IMG/VR virus record: IMGVR_UViG_3300020452_000405
Span: 1 to 37,218 of that record
Reading direction: 5' to 3' (one strand)
Origin: a virus
Lineage: Duplodnaviria; Caudoviricetes
Length of the DNA stretch: 37,218 nucleotides
Shown: one piece after another, positions 1 to 12,300 of the stretch
How the letters are laid out: every line of letters starts with the position of its first letter
Position numbering within the stretch: position 1 is the stretch's first letter
The notes under the pieces: generated by a model
Told to the model about the DNA's origin: nothing
Databases searched by the model: none
The model's input: only the letters and a program-made list of their open reading frames with translations
Position numbers and translations under genes: made by a program

Positions 1-164
1 TTTTTCTTTAAATCCTTTTCAAGACCTTTTCTCTTCTTACGGTTCCCACCTTCATCAGATCCACGATCTGCAGAGATGTGACCAGTATCTTTAGTTCTAG
101 CATTACTTAATTGTCTTGCTAGACCACCTTCACATAGTTGTTGGAATTCTTGGAAAGTTTTCAT
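1..164 (-). CDS. 5' part of a probable head-internal/virion protein (runs off the window)
   Basis: Hand-translated, not in the ORF track. The ATG at 164 overlaps the VrlC-like stop (TAATG) and reads MKTFQEFQQLCEGGLARQLSNARTKDTGHISADRGSDEGGNRKRRKGLEKDLKK. The N-terminus resembles the T4 internal-protein capsid-targeting leader MKTYQEFIAE. Confidence 0.75.
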   Translation of the reverse strand, partial: MKTFQEFQQLCEGGLARQLSNARTKDTGHISADRGSDEGGNRKKRKGLEKDLKK

Positions 165-3100
165 TACGCTAATGCAATTGCTCTAAAGTCTTTTAATCTA
201 ACTGGAACACATTCGTTTGTAGATGACATTACAATTTTAATGATAAATCCATCAAATTGTTCTAAATCATTTATTGAGAATTGGTATTCTGAGAAATCAT
301 TCTGCCCATTCTTCTTCACTTGAGCATCTGCTCTACCATCATTTAAACCAAGATCAATAATATCATCACCAAAACCATCACCATCTGTGTCTATTAGATT
401 TTTATATCCAGGAAATGCTCTATATGTTTGAGATACTTCACTGGAATCTGATGTAAATAATTTATAGAAAACTCTAAAATCTGCTTCTGGTTGAACATTA
501 GCAGCAACAAAAACCTTTAATGAAGTTGCTGGTTGCTTTAAAGTAATCTTTTTAGCTACAAATACAGAACCGTGTGGATCATCAGATATAGAATTAGTTC
601 TAGTATCTGTAATATAATCACTAACTGGATTATTAATTTTATTTCTACCTAATATAAATGTTGCATATTTAGAATCCAAAACAGGTGATAAATTTCTATC
701 AGTTGATTCAAAATCAACCTTTAATGCTAATGATTTATTCTTAGGTAAAGTTGCCAATCTTTGTGCTTCATTATCTTTAGAAGCAACTAATCTAGGTGTT
801 GGGAAGAAAGTAGTTTCATTTAATATAGTTGGTTCAAATCCCTGATCAATAAATGATACTTCATTTCCACCAGAACTTGTTCCACTAACAGTTCTCACTG
901 AAGTAGCAATACGAGTTCCTTTACCTGGTGTGATAGTATTAATTTGTGCAGATAGTGTACTAAATTGATGATTTTGAGAAATACCAACATTCTTACCACC
1001 AACTGCCTTTTCACTAGTAAAGCATAATAAAGTCTTATTATCTGCAACATTAGTTGATCTTGGACCAGATCCTCTATCAATTTCTAGATAATAGTTATCA
1101 ATGTTTGATGCATTTCTAAGAGTTGTATTTGATGGAACATTTATTGTACTATTGATACCAACTAATGGGAATCCATTTATTTGATATGGTTGAATAGTTG
1201 ATCCTTCACTATGATTAGATGATGGACTATTTTCTAATCCTCTACCATCAATAGTAAGTTGCCCTACACCAACAATATAAGAAACAATCTCATTACCAAT
1301 TAGAGCTTCACCAAAATTAGTTGAAATTCCAGCAAAATTAGCAAATGATGAAGTACTTGCAACTGATACAAGTGTATCATCAATCTTTAATTCACCTGTT
1401 GTTTGTGTTGCTAAACTGTCTGGTTCTATTCCTTTTAATCTAACAAGATTATTAGCACCATGATGTCCATGATTGTATTGTAAAACTTCTATAACATTAC
1501 CAGCATTTAAATCACTAGCAACTTCAGAATCGCCATTTATAGTTGCTGGTCCTGTTGTAGTAGTTCTAGTATCGTTAAGTGCACCATAATGAATAATAGT
1601 AGCACCAGATTTAAATACTTCACCTTGAACATCGGTTAAGTATATTGTATCTAATGTAGTGTTAATTTCTTTAATTGCAAATTTAGCACCAGCACCTCTT
1701 GAAACCAAAGCGTTACTATTATCAATAGTAACAACATCACCTACACTATATCTACTACCAGCAGTTACATTCTCAATCAATTTAACTGCTCCAGTAGTAC
1801 CATCAATAGTAATAGAAGCAGTTGCACCAGAACCATCACTAGTTAATGATTTAATAGGTATAGTGTTGGCAACAGGATCAGCGTCTGAAGATTGGTTAGT
1901 AAACAAGTATCCAGAACCAGAAGAAACTAATTCAGGTTGTATAGAAGTGTCAATGGGAGCAGCAATTCTCTCTACTACACCAGTAATACTACCATCTTCC
2001 AAATCTGCAGGATCTCCAGTACTTATTTTTCTACCAACAGGAGCTTCAGATTTAAGGAGACTATTAACATTAACTTTTAATTTTCTAGGTAAAGTTTTAA
2101 TTGGATTATCTACCAATGTTTGTGTATTTAAATTACCAGCATCAACTGGACTATTATAGAATGTTACAGTACCAGAAGTTACAAATGATGCTTTATAAAG
2201 TTGGAATGTTAAATCTTGATATTGACTTGGTGTCCAAATAGTTCCGTTTTGAGATTTAAATAAACTACCACCAATATATTGCTTAGTGTGTACAACACTT
2301 TCAACATCAGGTAAATTCTGTGTTCTAACAGTTTTTTGACCCATTGTAGAAACCCACATCTCATATAGATCAGATGAAGGAGATAAGAATACAAGAGCAT
2401 ATTCTTTACCTGCTTCTAGATAAACTGGTGATGGGAATCTAATATTAGTTGCTATAGAAGCATCTGTTGATGTTTGAATATCATTTGGATTTAATGCAAC
2501 TTGTGCATAATCTTGAACAAGGAAATTGGTTGGTGTTCCTAATTCAACATCTCTAATTTCAACAAATACTTTAGCATTTGAATCTTTGCTTGCAAAATAA
2601 ACATCAACCGATGTTAAGAACATACCAGTTTCATCAACCCTAAAGGATTGTGCTAAAGGATCTCTATATGGTGCTTCTACTCGATCAGTATCTGAATCTA
2701 CATTTACATTAACCTGAACTGTTGTCTCATTTGGTTTTTGAGGTGGTTTAGATGGATTTCTTACACCAACAGTTTTAGTATCCTGAGTTATAATTGTTCC
2801 TGTTGCATGATACGTAGCAGTAGCATCACTTGCTAATGCAGTGCTTCCTGGTAGGGTAACTGTACCTACAGGTGCTGCAGTTACCTTAAATGCCTTTGTC
2901 CCTGTTCTGAATAGAACTGAAGGTTGTGGTGATTGATTCGCTTCTCTAAAGAAGAAAGCACCTAAAATATCACCCCAATTATCTGAATAGATATTTGCAT
3001 TTGTTACAGTTGCAGTTGCACCACTAGAATCTCCAACAATTGTTGCACCTCGTCTAATATATCCATAAAATCTTTCATCATTAGCTAATGCATTAACATC

Positions 3101-6100
3101 AATATTAAATAATTTTGAAGTTGATGAATATGTACTGGATGGAGCAGGTCTACTTCTATCAAAAATATCTACAGTATATGGTTCAACATTTTGTGCTGGT
3201 ACATATTCTGATGTAGTTAATCCAAGAGCATCATTAACAATTTCATTCTCAAGTGGTAATAAACCCCCAACACTTGCATCTGAAGGAGTTCCTACAGTAG
3301 AAACTACATTTCCCATAGGAACTGCAATTACACTTCCATCACCATACTTATGATTTGGTGCTTGTACTCTTACCTTAGCAATTTCTCTTCCGTTCATAAT
3401 AACGGTAGCAGTTTCATATAATGAAAATGTACCAGAAACCATATCAATTTCAGTAACTTTAGGGAAAATATCAGGTATTCCACTATCCAAATAACTATAA
3501 TGTTTAGTGAGTGGTTTTAATCCATTTGCATTATATGCAACGTTTCTAGAACGCATAAATGGATCTGCAGTTCCACTAACCTTAACACTCTCAACATAAT
3601 CAAATTCTTGGTTATTACCTGTTAGAGTATTTGTAAAACTAAATTCTTTTGTATTTGTTGTGGTAGTAGTTGTAGTAGTTGTAGTGTCAATATGATTGCC
3701 ATCAAATATTTGTTGATTAGCACCTACTTCAGTAACAGTTACATCTACATCAGTATCAACTGTAGTATTATCACTAACAAGATTTTGCTGTTCTGCCCAT
3801 GTATTACCAGTAGATTCTGTTCTATTATCCTCAATATAAATTGTTCTAACCCAATTATCTGATGGTGGATCTAACTGAACACTACCAGCAAAAACAATAA
3901 CATTAAATGGGTTAATATTTTCAACTTGAGTTGCTTGAAGGTTTTTAAGTTCACTAGCAACTTCAGTATATTTTAATGTAATTAAATCACCAGTTTTTTG
4001 GCAATTATCATCAAGTAATTTAAGATTTGCAGTTCTATCTGCTATATTTTCATCAATTGAGGGATCAAATGCTAAATCTGCCTTCAATGACCAGAAATCA
4101 ACTGCACTAATCAATTCTTTATTAACAACATCAATATCACATATTGATCCATTTCTATAATCTACAAATCCTCTATCTTTGAAATCATTTACTACAAATC
4201 CAGTTTTGAATCGATTTAACCCATCAGCATCAGTAACTTGTATTGATTTAGTATCTAATTCTAAAGCACTAAGAGAAGTCATAATCTCAAGATTATCAAT
4301 TCTCTTTTCAAGTTTACCAATATCTCTCATGGTAAATCTTCTATTATCGTATAACTTTATTTTTGGTCCAGTTATAGGATCATACAAATATGGAGGTAAT
4401 GTTATTTCTGCAACTTCCATAGAAGGTCCAATTTCTGTAGGAGGTGCAGGTTTATCTGCAGAAACACCCTTAATTAATTTTACTTCTTCAAATTTATTAA
4501 TAACTAACTTATCAATCCTTGGTAGATAATAAGTATATCCAAGAATAGAACTCTCATTTGGTGCAACAACATACTTGGTTGTTGATTCAAAAGATCTAGC
4601 AGCAAAATCAAATGGTGATTTATTTGAAGAAGGATCAAATGTATTAACTCTTGGTCTAAAATCAAGTATATCAGTTCCTCTATCATTTGATATAGAAGGA
4701 ACATCGTGAGTATATCTATCTTTAGTGTAAGAATTTGCAGTAAAAAGATCACCACTAGCAACATCTTGAGTTTGATACTTATCAAAAATAATTAATAATC
4801 TATTTGCAGGTATTGCAGAAGTTTTCCTTCTAACAATTCTAGAATAATCTGCATATTGCTTTCTGTGACCTTTATCTAAAGTATAATTAGATGTTCTATC
4901 AACGTAGTTACCATTTGTTATACCTTGTAAATTCGTCTCAATATTAGATTCTTTAAAATTAACAGTTTCTCCCTTAGTAAAAATATTATCATTGAGATAT
5001 ACAAATTCAATCTCTGTTGCAGATACTCTATTAACAATCTGCCCTATTGCTCTACTATCTTTACCTACTATTTTTTCACCAACAATAGTATTAGTATCTA
5101 ATGCAAGACCAGAAACAAATGTTAATTTATCTAAAGAAGCTTTATTATTATCCTTTGATTCATATATTGCATGAATCTTTACTACATCAGGAACATTTAA
5201 TGATATTTCATTATCTTCAACTCTCAACCCATAATATTTACTATCACTCATACCACTATTGGTAGATACACCTACAGTTTTTGTTACTTCAAATTGAACA
5301 CTTCTAGAATAATCTTTGGATCTACTTATTAAACCTACTTTTTTTAGAGTTACGTTTACAGTACAAGCAATATTTGCAGATAAACCACTAAATTGTATAT
5401 CATTACCATTATTAGTGATTGATACTTGATCTGAAGTTAGTGTTTCAGTAGTTCCATTAGTGTAATGAATGGAATACTTTTCAGAATCAAATGGTTCAAA
5501 GAAAGCACTAGTAATTCCAGAAGAAACATCAAGTGCTTCAGAAGTGCTAAATGATAACGTATTATTAGATACTGTTTTTCCAGTTACTTGACGACTAATG
5601 GTAAGGTTTGAATTTGAAAGATCAACAGCAGAAACATTTTTCTTTGGAAGTCTAGTATATAATCCAGAATTATTGTAATTAATAATTTTAGGATACTTAA
5701 CTCTGAATATATTAGATGTAGTGACACCTGCACATATTCTACCATTATTAACACCAGATATAGTTTCGACTGGCGATAATGATAATGTTTCACCATCTGA
5801 AGATATAGAAACAATTCTATTATAAGTTTTATCTCCTACATCTGTTCCATATCCAACTATAGAATCAGTTTTAATACCTACTTTTCCAATAAATCTTCTA
5901 TTGGGTGAAGTTGCAGATGCACTATTTCCATTAGAAGCACCAGTAACTGTTAATGTATCAAAAGCAGAGAAATTAGGTAATACTTTATCATATAAAACTG
6001 CATCAGCACTAAATTTACTTACCAAAGAAGAATTTAATGTATTTGCATCTTGATAAACAGATTTAATATCATCAACAGTATATGTAAGAACCTTTATTAC

Positions 6101-7753
6101 AGAGAAATTTGATTCAACTGTTTTCTCATTAACAATTAAACGCTCACCTTGAACAAAAGATCCAGTTGTTTGTGATAAATTAATTTCATTAGGATTTCCT
6201 GTATGATTTGCAACATATCCTATTGCACCACTACTAAGTCCCCTAACACGACTAGAAAGTGGAATTGTAGTTGCAATTGTTCCAGGATTAGAAACTTGCA
6301 ATAATGTATATGTTTGAACATCGTATAAATGAAGATCCCATTCTGTTGAATCTCCACTATATGATGCATCAGTTACACTAAAAGAATAAACACGAGCTTC
6401 ACCAATCTTTAGAGCTGAACTACCAGTTGGACCTGCAGTTGATGGATCAACATTACCAGTTCCCTTTCTACGATTATAAAGACCAACAATATTAGCAGTA
6501 TTTCCCCCAACATTAACCCAAGGAGTACCTTCGGTATTATTTACCTTTAATACACTACCCATTCTAAAGGGAACAGATGCGGATTTAATGGTTTTAGTAT
6601 CTCTTGGTTTTTCTACATCTATAACTTTATTATAAACATCAATATCAAATCCTCTAACATATGCTCTTCCTGAAGATAATTTAACGCACATTAAATCGTC
6701 AGATGGATCAGCACCATCATCAGTTTTTTGCCCATCAACAAATAAACCGTTGGAATTAATCTCATTATTTAAAGAATTTTGAAGATTAACTCTGAATGGT
6801 TGTATTGCATAGTTACCAGATTCATCATATGTTCTACCAGCAATCCATTTTTCTATATGTGAATATACAGATTCTGCCTGTAACTTTTTAATTTCACCAT
6901 TCTTAACCCGCATTAATTCTACGAAGTTAGTATCTTCATAATCTAAAAGTGCTTTTTTTGCTAATTTAACAGTTATTTGAAATCTATCAGCACCTGGTGC
7001 AGCAAAATTAGTAAATCCTTTTGCGTTATCATTTAAGCTAGGATCATCATTTGCATTAATTACAGTTTCAGATATTTCAAATCCTACTCTATAAGATGGT
7101 TTATTAGAATATGGTTCTAATACTATAATAGACTTACTTACATCTACAAAAGTACCTCTTATAAAATAAACACCAGTATCAACACCAAATGCAGATCCAG
7201 TAGCAGTAGCATCCTCAGACATTACTGTTAATACTGTTTCTCCAGAATTTAGTGCAGTATTGCCATAAGTAATATTTTCTTCAAGAATTAAAATTTCCTC
7301 ATTAGGAAATGCAGAACTTTCTGAACTAGTTCCTGATTCCAAATACTTAACAAAAATTGTAATATCATCAACACCTTCATTTGGTGGTAAAATATAATTC
7401 TTAATAGTTCCTACTATTTGAGAATTTTGTCCTTTAATTCTAGTTCCTTTACCATTATTATTATTAATTAAAGCATCAAGATATACAGTAACATCAATCC
7501 CTAGATGATCTGGGTTTACTTTTACTGCAAAATATGTACTATCATAGGTAATTCCCCCAGGAATAACCATAGATCCTTCTTTAAAAATATGACTTCCAAA
7601 CGATTCTATTTGATTCTGTAATATCGATTGAAGACTAGTTAATTCCCTAGCTTGAACTGGATATCCAGGTTTGAACAGTACTTTATAAAAATTATCTGCC
7701 TTATCAAAATCATCGTAATAAGGGCTTATATTTAAGTTGGTCTTCTGTGGCAT
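164..7753 (-). CDS. Large VrlC-like virion structural protein (2529 aa)
   Basis: N-terminus MPQKTNLNISPYYDDFD...FKPGYPVQARELT, internal LNRFKTGFVVNDF, DPLAQSF and GSLFKSQNGTIW, C-terminal RLKDFRAIALA. It lies directly after gp8, as in T4-like cyanophages. Confidence 0.85.
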   Translation of the reverse strand: MPQKTNLNISPYYDDFDKADNFYKVLFKPGYPVQARELTSLQSILQNQIESFGSHIFKEGSMVIPGGITYDSTYFAVKVNPDHLGIDVTVYLDALINNNNGKGTRIKGQNSQIVGTIKNYILPPNEGVDDITIFVKYLESGTSSESSAFPNEEILILEENITYGNTALNSGETVLTVMSEDATATGSAFGVDTGVYFIRGTFVDVSKSIIVLEPYSNKPSYRVGFEISETVINANDDPSLNDNAKGFTNFAAPGADRFQITVKLAKKALLDYEDTNFVELMRVKNGEIKKLQAESVYSHIEKWIAGRTYDESGNYAIQPFRVNLQNSLNNEINSNGLFVDGQKTDDGADPSDDLMCVKLSSGRAYVRGFDIDVYNKVIDVEKPRDTKTIKSASVPFRMGSVLKVNNTEGTPWVNVGGNTANIVGLYNRRKGTGNVDPSTAGPTGSSALKIGEARVYSFSVTDASYSGDSTEWDLHLYDVQTYTLLQVSNPGTIATTIPLSSRVRGLSSGAIGYVANHTGNPNEINLSQTTGSFVQGERLIVNEKTVESNFSVIKVLTYTVDDIKSVYQDANTLNSSLVSKFSADAVLYDKVLPNFSAFDTLTVTGASNGNSASATSPNRRFIGKVGIKTDSIVGYGTDVGDKTYNRIVSISSDGETLSLSPVETISGVNNGRICAGVTTSNIFRVKYPKIINYNNSGLYTRLPKKNVSAVDLSNSNLTISRQVTGKTVSNNTLSFSTSEALDVSSGITSAFFEPFDSEKYSIHYTNGTTETLTSDQVSITNNGNDIQFSGLSANIACTVNVTLKKVGLISRSKDYSRSVQFEVTKTVGVSTNSGMSDSKYYGLRVEDNEISLNVPDVVKIHAIYESKDNNKASLDKLTFVSGLALDTNTIVGEKIVGKDSRAIGQIVNRVSATEIEFVYLNDNIFTKGETVNFKESNIETNLQGITNGNYVDRTSNYTLDKGHRKQYADYSRIVRRKTSAIPANRLLIIFDKYQTQDVASGDLFTANSYTKDRYTHDVPSISNDRGTDILDFRPRVNTFDPSSNKSPFDFAARSFESTTKYVVAPNESSILGYTYYLPRIDKLVINKFEEVKLIKGVSADKPAPPTEIGPSMEVAEITLPPYLYDPITGPKIKLYDNRRFTMRDIGKLEKRIDNLEIMTSLSALELDTKSIQVTDADGLNRFKTGFVVNDFKDRGFVDYRNGSICDIDVVNKELISAVDFWSLKADLAFDPSIDENIADRTANLKLLDDNCQKTGDLITLKYTEVASELKNLQATQVENINPFNVIVFAGSVQLDPPSDNWVRTIYIEDNRTESTGNTWAEQQNLVSDNTTVDTDVDVTVTEVGANQQIFDGNHIDTTTTTTTTTTNTKEFSFTNTLTGNNQEFDYVESVKVSGTADPFMRSRNVAYNANGLKPLTKHYSYLDSGIPDIFPKVTEIDMVSGTFSLYETATVIMNGREIAKVRVQAPNHKYGDGSVIAVPMGNVVSTVGTPSDASVGGLLPLENEIVNDALGLTTSEYVPAQNVEPYTVDIFDRSRPAPSSTYSSTSKLFNIDVNALANDERFYGYIRRGATIVGDSSGATATVTNANIYSDNWGDILGAFFFREANQSPQPSVLFRTGTKAFKVTAAPVGTVTLPGSTALASDATATYHATGTIITQDTKTVGVRNPSKPPQKPNETTVQVNVNVDSDTDRVEAPYRDPLAQSFRVDETGMFLTSVDVYFASKDSNAKVFVEIRDVELGTPTNFLVQDYAQVALNPNDIQTSTDASIATNIRFPSPVYLEAGKEYALVFLSPSSDLYEMWVSTMGQKTVRTQNLPDVESVVHTKQYIGGSLFKSQNGTIWTPSQYQDLTFQLYKASFVTSGTVTFYNSPVDAGNLNTQTLVDNPIKTLPRKLKVNVNSLLKSEAPVGRKISTGDPADLEDGSITGVVERIAAPIDTSIQPELVSSGSGYLFTNQSSDADPVANTIPIKSLTSDGSGATASITIDGTTGAVKLIENVTAGSRYSVGDVVTIDNSNALVSRGAGAKFAIKEINTTLDTIYLTDVQGEVFKSGATIIHYGALNDTRTTTTGPATINGDSEVASDLNAGNVIEVLQYNHGHHGANNLVRLKGIEPDSLATQTTGELKIDDTLVSVASTSSFANFAGISTNFGEALIGNEIVSYIVGVGQLTIDGRGLENSPSSNHSEGSTIQPYQINGFPLVGINSTINVPSNTTLRNASNIDNYYLEIDRGSGPRSTNVADNKTLLCFTSEKAVGGKNVGISQNHQFSTLSAQINTITPGKGTRIATSVRTVSGTSSGGNEVSFIDQGFEPTILNETTFFPTPRLVASKDNEAQRLATLPKNKSLALKVDFESTDRNLSPVLDSKYATFILGRNKINNPVSDYITDTRTNSISDDPHGSVFVAKKITLKQPATSLKVFVAANVQPEADFRVFYKLFTSDSSEVSQTYRAFPGYKNLIDTDGDGFGDDIIDLGLNDGRADAQVKKNGQNDFSEYQFSINDLEQFDGFIIKIVMSSTNECVPVRLKDFRAIALA

Positions 7754-7758
7754 TTTCT

Positions 7759-9354
7759 TTAGAATTCCAGGATGATTTTAACGTCTTCTTTTTGTCGCTC
7801 ATTTCGAGCAATTAAAGGTCTATTATCTAAGTAAATAATTTCCCCCGATCCTTTATTTATCTCATTATTGGATAACCCATTTGAGAACGTAGTTCCGAGA
7901 TCAATTAACTTAGTTCCAGTCGGGTTAGTTGTTATTCCACTAAAAGCAGTATTAATACTTGCGGAGAAACTAGAACTATCACCTTTTATTGCATTTGATG
8001 ATGCTTCAAAGGAATAAATTGCACCAGTAGTTGAGATACCAGTATAATCAGTATGATCATTATTAGTAGAATAATTTAAAGAACGATCTCTAAAATATTT
8101 CATAACCTTTGTATCTTCATCATAAGATGCAACATAACCTTGAGCAATTCTACCTGATGTTAATATTTGAGTTATTCTCTCACCAACTATTGGTTTATCT
8201 CCAGAAACAGTATCGAAAATAAATGCATTTAAAGATGAAAAAGTTGGGTCAGTATATGTAATAGATGTTCCAACTTGAGTTGGATTTTTAACTATTCCAA
8301 CTTGTGCAAATTTTGTATCAGAAGGAAAATCTTTTGTAGAGTCATCAAATCTAGCATAAATTAAAACTCTATCAGTTCCCAATTCCTTATAAAGATCATA
8401 ACCATGACCTAAAGATGGTGGAATAACAGGAATAAGGTTTGCTCTTTGATTTGAAGGATGTGCAGAATCTTGTAATGCACCCAAATCAACTAATCCATAA
8501 CTATATCCTTGTCCACCAGAACTAACAGTAACATTAGTAATAACTTTATTTACAACATCAACTCTAGCTTTTCCTCCAGTGCCATCTCCTAATATATCAA
8601 CCTCTTGCCCCAATCCTTCTGCATACTTTCCACCACCATTTTCAATATATACATGCTTAATTTGGTTATTGTTTATAGTAGAATCACCATTTTCTCTTAT
8701 AGCTTTAATTTGAGCATCTGTACTTTCTGTCCAATTATTAGGAACAGTAATATATTCTGTCGAATCAAATTTCAGAATATCTGCAGGTGAAACAGTGTAC
8801 AAATATTTCCAAACATAACCATCTCCACTATTACCAGCTCTTGATGGTTCTAAATCTGTGAATGTTGGTTCATCTTGAGAAATATTACCTTTTAGATTAA
8901 CACCAGTTGAACCATTTGAAATACAAAGATATACTTTGAATTCTGAGTTCATTACATAGTAATTTGCACCATATAATCTACTAGAATCATTAATTGGACT
9001 TTGCTTATCAGATTTCGTTGAATAATCATCCCGATACATTTCATATCTATTACCAGCAGTCCAATCTATCCTTCTAATAATTCTTCTTATATTGGCAGAT
9101 GCAATTCTCTTACCATACATCATAGTATCGCCAGTATGAGCGATATCAGAAAAACTATCTATAGGTTTAGGTGTATTACCCGTTGTATTCCAACCTTCAG
9201 ACCTTCCATAACCAACTTGAACACTTGGTGAAGGAGTTCCTGTTGGATTTGGCAATCCAATAAAGACATAATATGAATTTTTATCAGACTCTACTGATTC
9301 TACAAAATTATTTGCGTTCAGAATTCTAAACTGATCAGTAACAATTGCTGGCAT
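7759..9354 (-). CDS. gp8: Baseplate wedge subunit gp8
   Basis: MPAIVTDQFRILNA..F, RRIDW..G..YEMYRDDY, YYVMNSEFKVYLCISNG, GDGYVWKYLY and C-terminal SGEIIYLDNR..QKEDVKIILEF. Gene order gp25-gp6-gp7-gp8. Confidence 0.9.
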   Translation of the reverse strand: MPAIVTDQFRILNANNFVESVESDKNSYYVFIGLPNPTGTPSPSVQVGYGRSEGWNTTGNTPKPIDSFSDIAHTGDTMMYGKRIASANIRRIIRRIDWTAGNRYEMYRDDYSTKSDKQSPINDSSRLYGANYYVMNSEFKVYLCISNGSTGVNLKGNISQDEPTFTDLEPSRAGNSGDGYVWKYLYTVSPADILKFDSTEYITVPNNWTESTDAQIKAIRENGDSTINNNQIKHVYIENGGGKYAEGLGQEVDILGDGTGGKARVDVVNKVITNVTVSSGGQGYSYGLVDLGALQDSAHPSNQRANLIPVIPPSLGHGYDLYKELGTDRVLIYARFDDSTKDFPSDTKFAQVGIVKNPTQVGTSITYTDPTFSSLNAFIFDTVSGDKPIVGERITQILTSGRIAQGYVASYDEDTKVMKYFRDRSLNYSTNNDHTDYTGISTTGAIYSFEASSNAIKGDSSSFSASINTAFSGITTNPTGTKLIDLGTTFSNGLSNNEINKGSGEIIYLDNRPLIARNERQKEDVKIILEF

Positions 9355-9379
9355 GATTATAAACTAAACTTTTTTTCTT

Positions 9380-9387
9380 TATTTATA
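9380..9387 (-). promoter_or_regulatory. T4-type late (gp55) promoter TATAAATA upstream of gp8
   Basis: Exact TATAAATA on the minus strand in the gp7-gp8 gap, about 25 nt before the gp8 ATG. Confidence 0.75.
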
Positions 9388-9396
9388 GACATAATT

Positions 9397-12300
9397 TTAT
9401 AGTCCTGTAACGATTCTAATAGCACCAGTATTTCTTAGTCCAAACTCAGCGTTCAAACCACTATAATACTTTCTTTGAATTGTTGGGAAAGTTGATAATC
9501 CTGCATCAACTGTTAAACCAGTAACCCCAATAGAAATTGGAGAAGTTGATCTTTCCCCATTATATATTCTACCCCAACTTATCTTACCTAGAGATTTGGT
9601 TAAACCAATATTAGTAACATCATAATAACCTGTTGATGTAACACCAGTAGTATTAGTCGTACTTAAAATATCACAAGTAATTTCTGCTCTAAAATCACTA
9701 AGTTGAGACATTGAATGTACTTTATAGATATTATCCAAGAAAGTTGATCCAATTGCAACTATACTATTATCATTACCATCAACTGAAGTAACTCCAGATC
9801 CCAAATCTATTGAAGTATCTTTAATTAAAATTGGATATCCAACTTGTAATTTATTTGCATTAGATTTAAATGATGTATAGAAGAACTTAAGTGCTTTAGT
9901 TCCTGCTCCACCAGAACCTTCTACTGCAGCAATTCCAGTTATAATCCCAGTATATCCTTCAACATTATCAAAGGAAGTCATTTTTTCAGTTTTGTACTGA
10001 GGTTTTTCTACAATAACTCTTGGTGGATTTACTTGTGAATATCCTAAACCTATATTTGTTATTGTAGTAGAAGTAATGGAACCATTAGTAATTGTACCAG
10101 TTGCTTCTGCAAAAGTTGATACACCAACAACAGCATACTCATCCCTAACAGTTGTTCCAATACCAACACCAATTGGAGCAGCAATTAATATATTAATCGA
10201 AGATCCAACATAACCACTACCACCATTAACAATGGTTAATGATCCAATGTCACCACTAGAAGTAACATTTGCAGTTATTTCTGCTTGCTCACCACCTTCT
10301 GCTCCCATTAATAAAGCATCAACAGCAGTAATATTAACATTATACCTTTCATTAACATCCAAGGCAGGATTCACATTATCTTCATAGAAGAATGATTCTG
10401 CATCATCAACAAATATTCCACCAGTAACACTAGTACCAGAATCAGTAGTTACATCTCCAATAACCTTTGATGTTGGGTATATTTGTGGTTCAATAACTTC
10501 TCTTGCTTTAGATATCAATTCACCTTTAATAATCTTATCTTCTTTTTGTTTAGTCCAATCAACTGGTTTAGGTGTATTTTCATTAATACCTCTACCTCTA
10601 TACAATGTTGTTTCAACAAGATCAGATCCAAGAATATCCTTAATAATTCTATCATTTTCTTGATCAGCAGTGTCTGTAAATGCTGGATTCTTATGAATAC
10701 GAATATCATCACCAATTTTAATGGTTTCATTTACATTAACTATTTGAACATCAACACCATCTTGTCCTTTATAGAAGAAGATATCAACTTTATCATCTAT
10801 TGATGGTGCTTCTGTGAACGTGAATGTTGTACCACCTTCAAACTGATACGCAATATTAGGAGTTTGCATAACTCCATTAACAAATATTAATAGAACTGCA
10901 TTTAAGTCTATCTCTTCACCCAATAATGAGTTCTCATCAACTTCAAAACTTAATAATTGACCATTACGGAATAATGGGAATCTCTTTCTAAATCCAGTTT
11001 GCAATGAAGAAACACCATCAATAAAGTCTAACTCACCAAATTGCCAAGAAGAGAAGTAATCATTAAACGTAGTAACAACTTCAAGTTCAAATTCCTGTAA
11101 TGGTTTTCTCAATCTCTTGTCAGTTACCAATCCTATTGGTTTAAACTTATCACCAACTGCAAATGAATGTCCAGATCTAGCAACATCAAATTTAGAAATC
11201 TCAAACATACTTCTAGCAACTCCAACAGAAGTTCTTGCTGCACCAACCCTAAGATTTAAAAGTAGATTACTTCCAGTATCTTCTGTTTTTCCTACACCTA
11301 ACCTAGAAATACCAACAACAGGCATATTTTCATAAATTGGTTCTGGTGTTGAAATTTCTGGGTTAACATATCTTGCACCATAATCATTAATAGTAAATTC
11401 TAATGCACCACCAGTACCTGCAGGTGATTTTCCTACTAAAACTCTAAATGTATCTGTAGTTACTTTACCAACTGGTAATTCTATATTATGAGCAGGATCA
11501 GTTATACGTGGATAACTATGCAATGTTTGATGCTGATCATGTTCACAAGTCATCACTATCGAATCAGTAGCAAATCCAACAGTTTGATTTGACTTATAAA
11601 TTCCTCCATTTACAGCACGAACAAATGAGTGTGTAAATTGATCTTTAGATGGATTTGGATTTACATTAACTTTAAATGTATTTACAGTAGTACTATAAAT
11701 TGAAACCCATCTTCCACTTGCATAATCAGATGGTCTTGGATAAGGATGCTCTGTTTGATTATTATCCTTAGTACAAGTAAATACTAAACTATTATCTTCA
11801 ATTAATATCTTATCACCAACAGCAAACCCATGAGTATTCTTTGTAAGTGTTAAATTGCCAGTATTCTTAACATAAGATGCATTTGTTGGTGTAATTGTTG
11901 TGCAACCTACAAACCCATGTCCAGCACTTGTTACAATAAATTCACCTGCTGCTGGATCATATTCAGCATTAGTAATATTGCGAGTTGTAATAGGTGATTT
12001 TCCAACATTAATAGTAAATGTGGTATCAGTTGTTGCAGCAACTGCTACATTTGCATCATTATGAATAGGATCAGTATATCTTGGATATGTGTGTTCAGTT
12101 GCATGATTATCTCTATCACAAGTAAATGTTATAGAATTGGTTGCAATTCCAACAGTATTACTGCCAGCAGTTATTCCATGTCCAGCACCAACAGTTAAAA
12201 CCATATTACCTGTAAGAGCATTATATGTTGCTGCAGTTGGTGTTAATTTAGATCCTGACCAAGAATCAATAGAAACGCAATTATTATTTTCTGTACCAGA

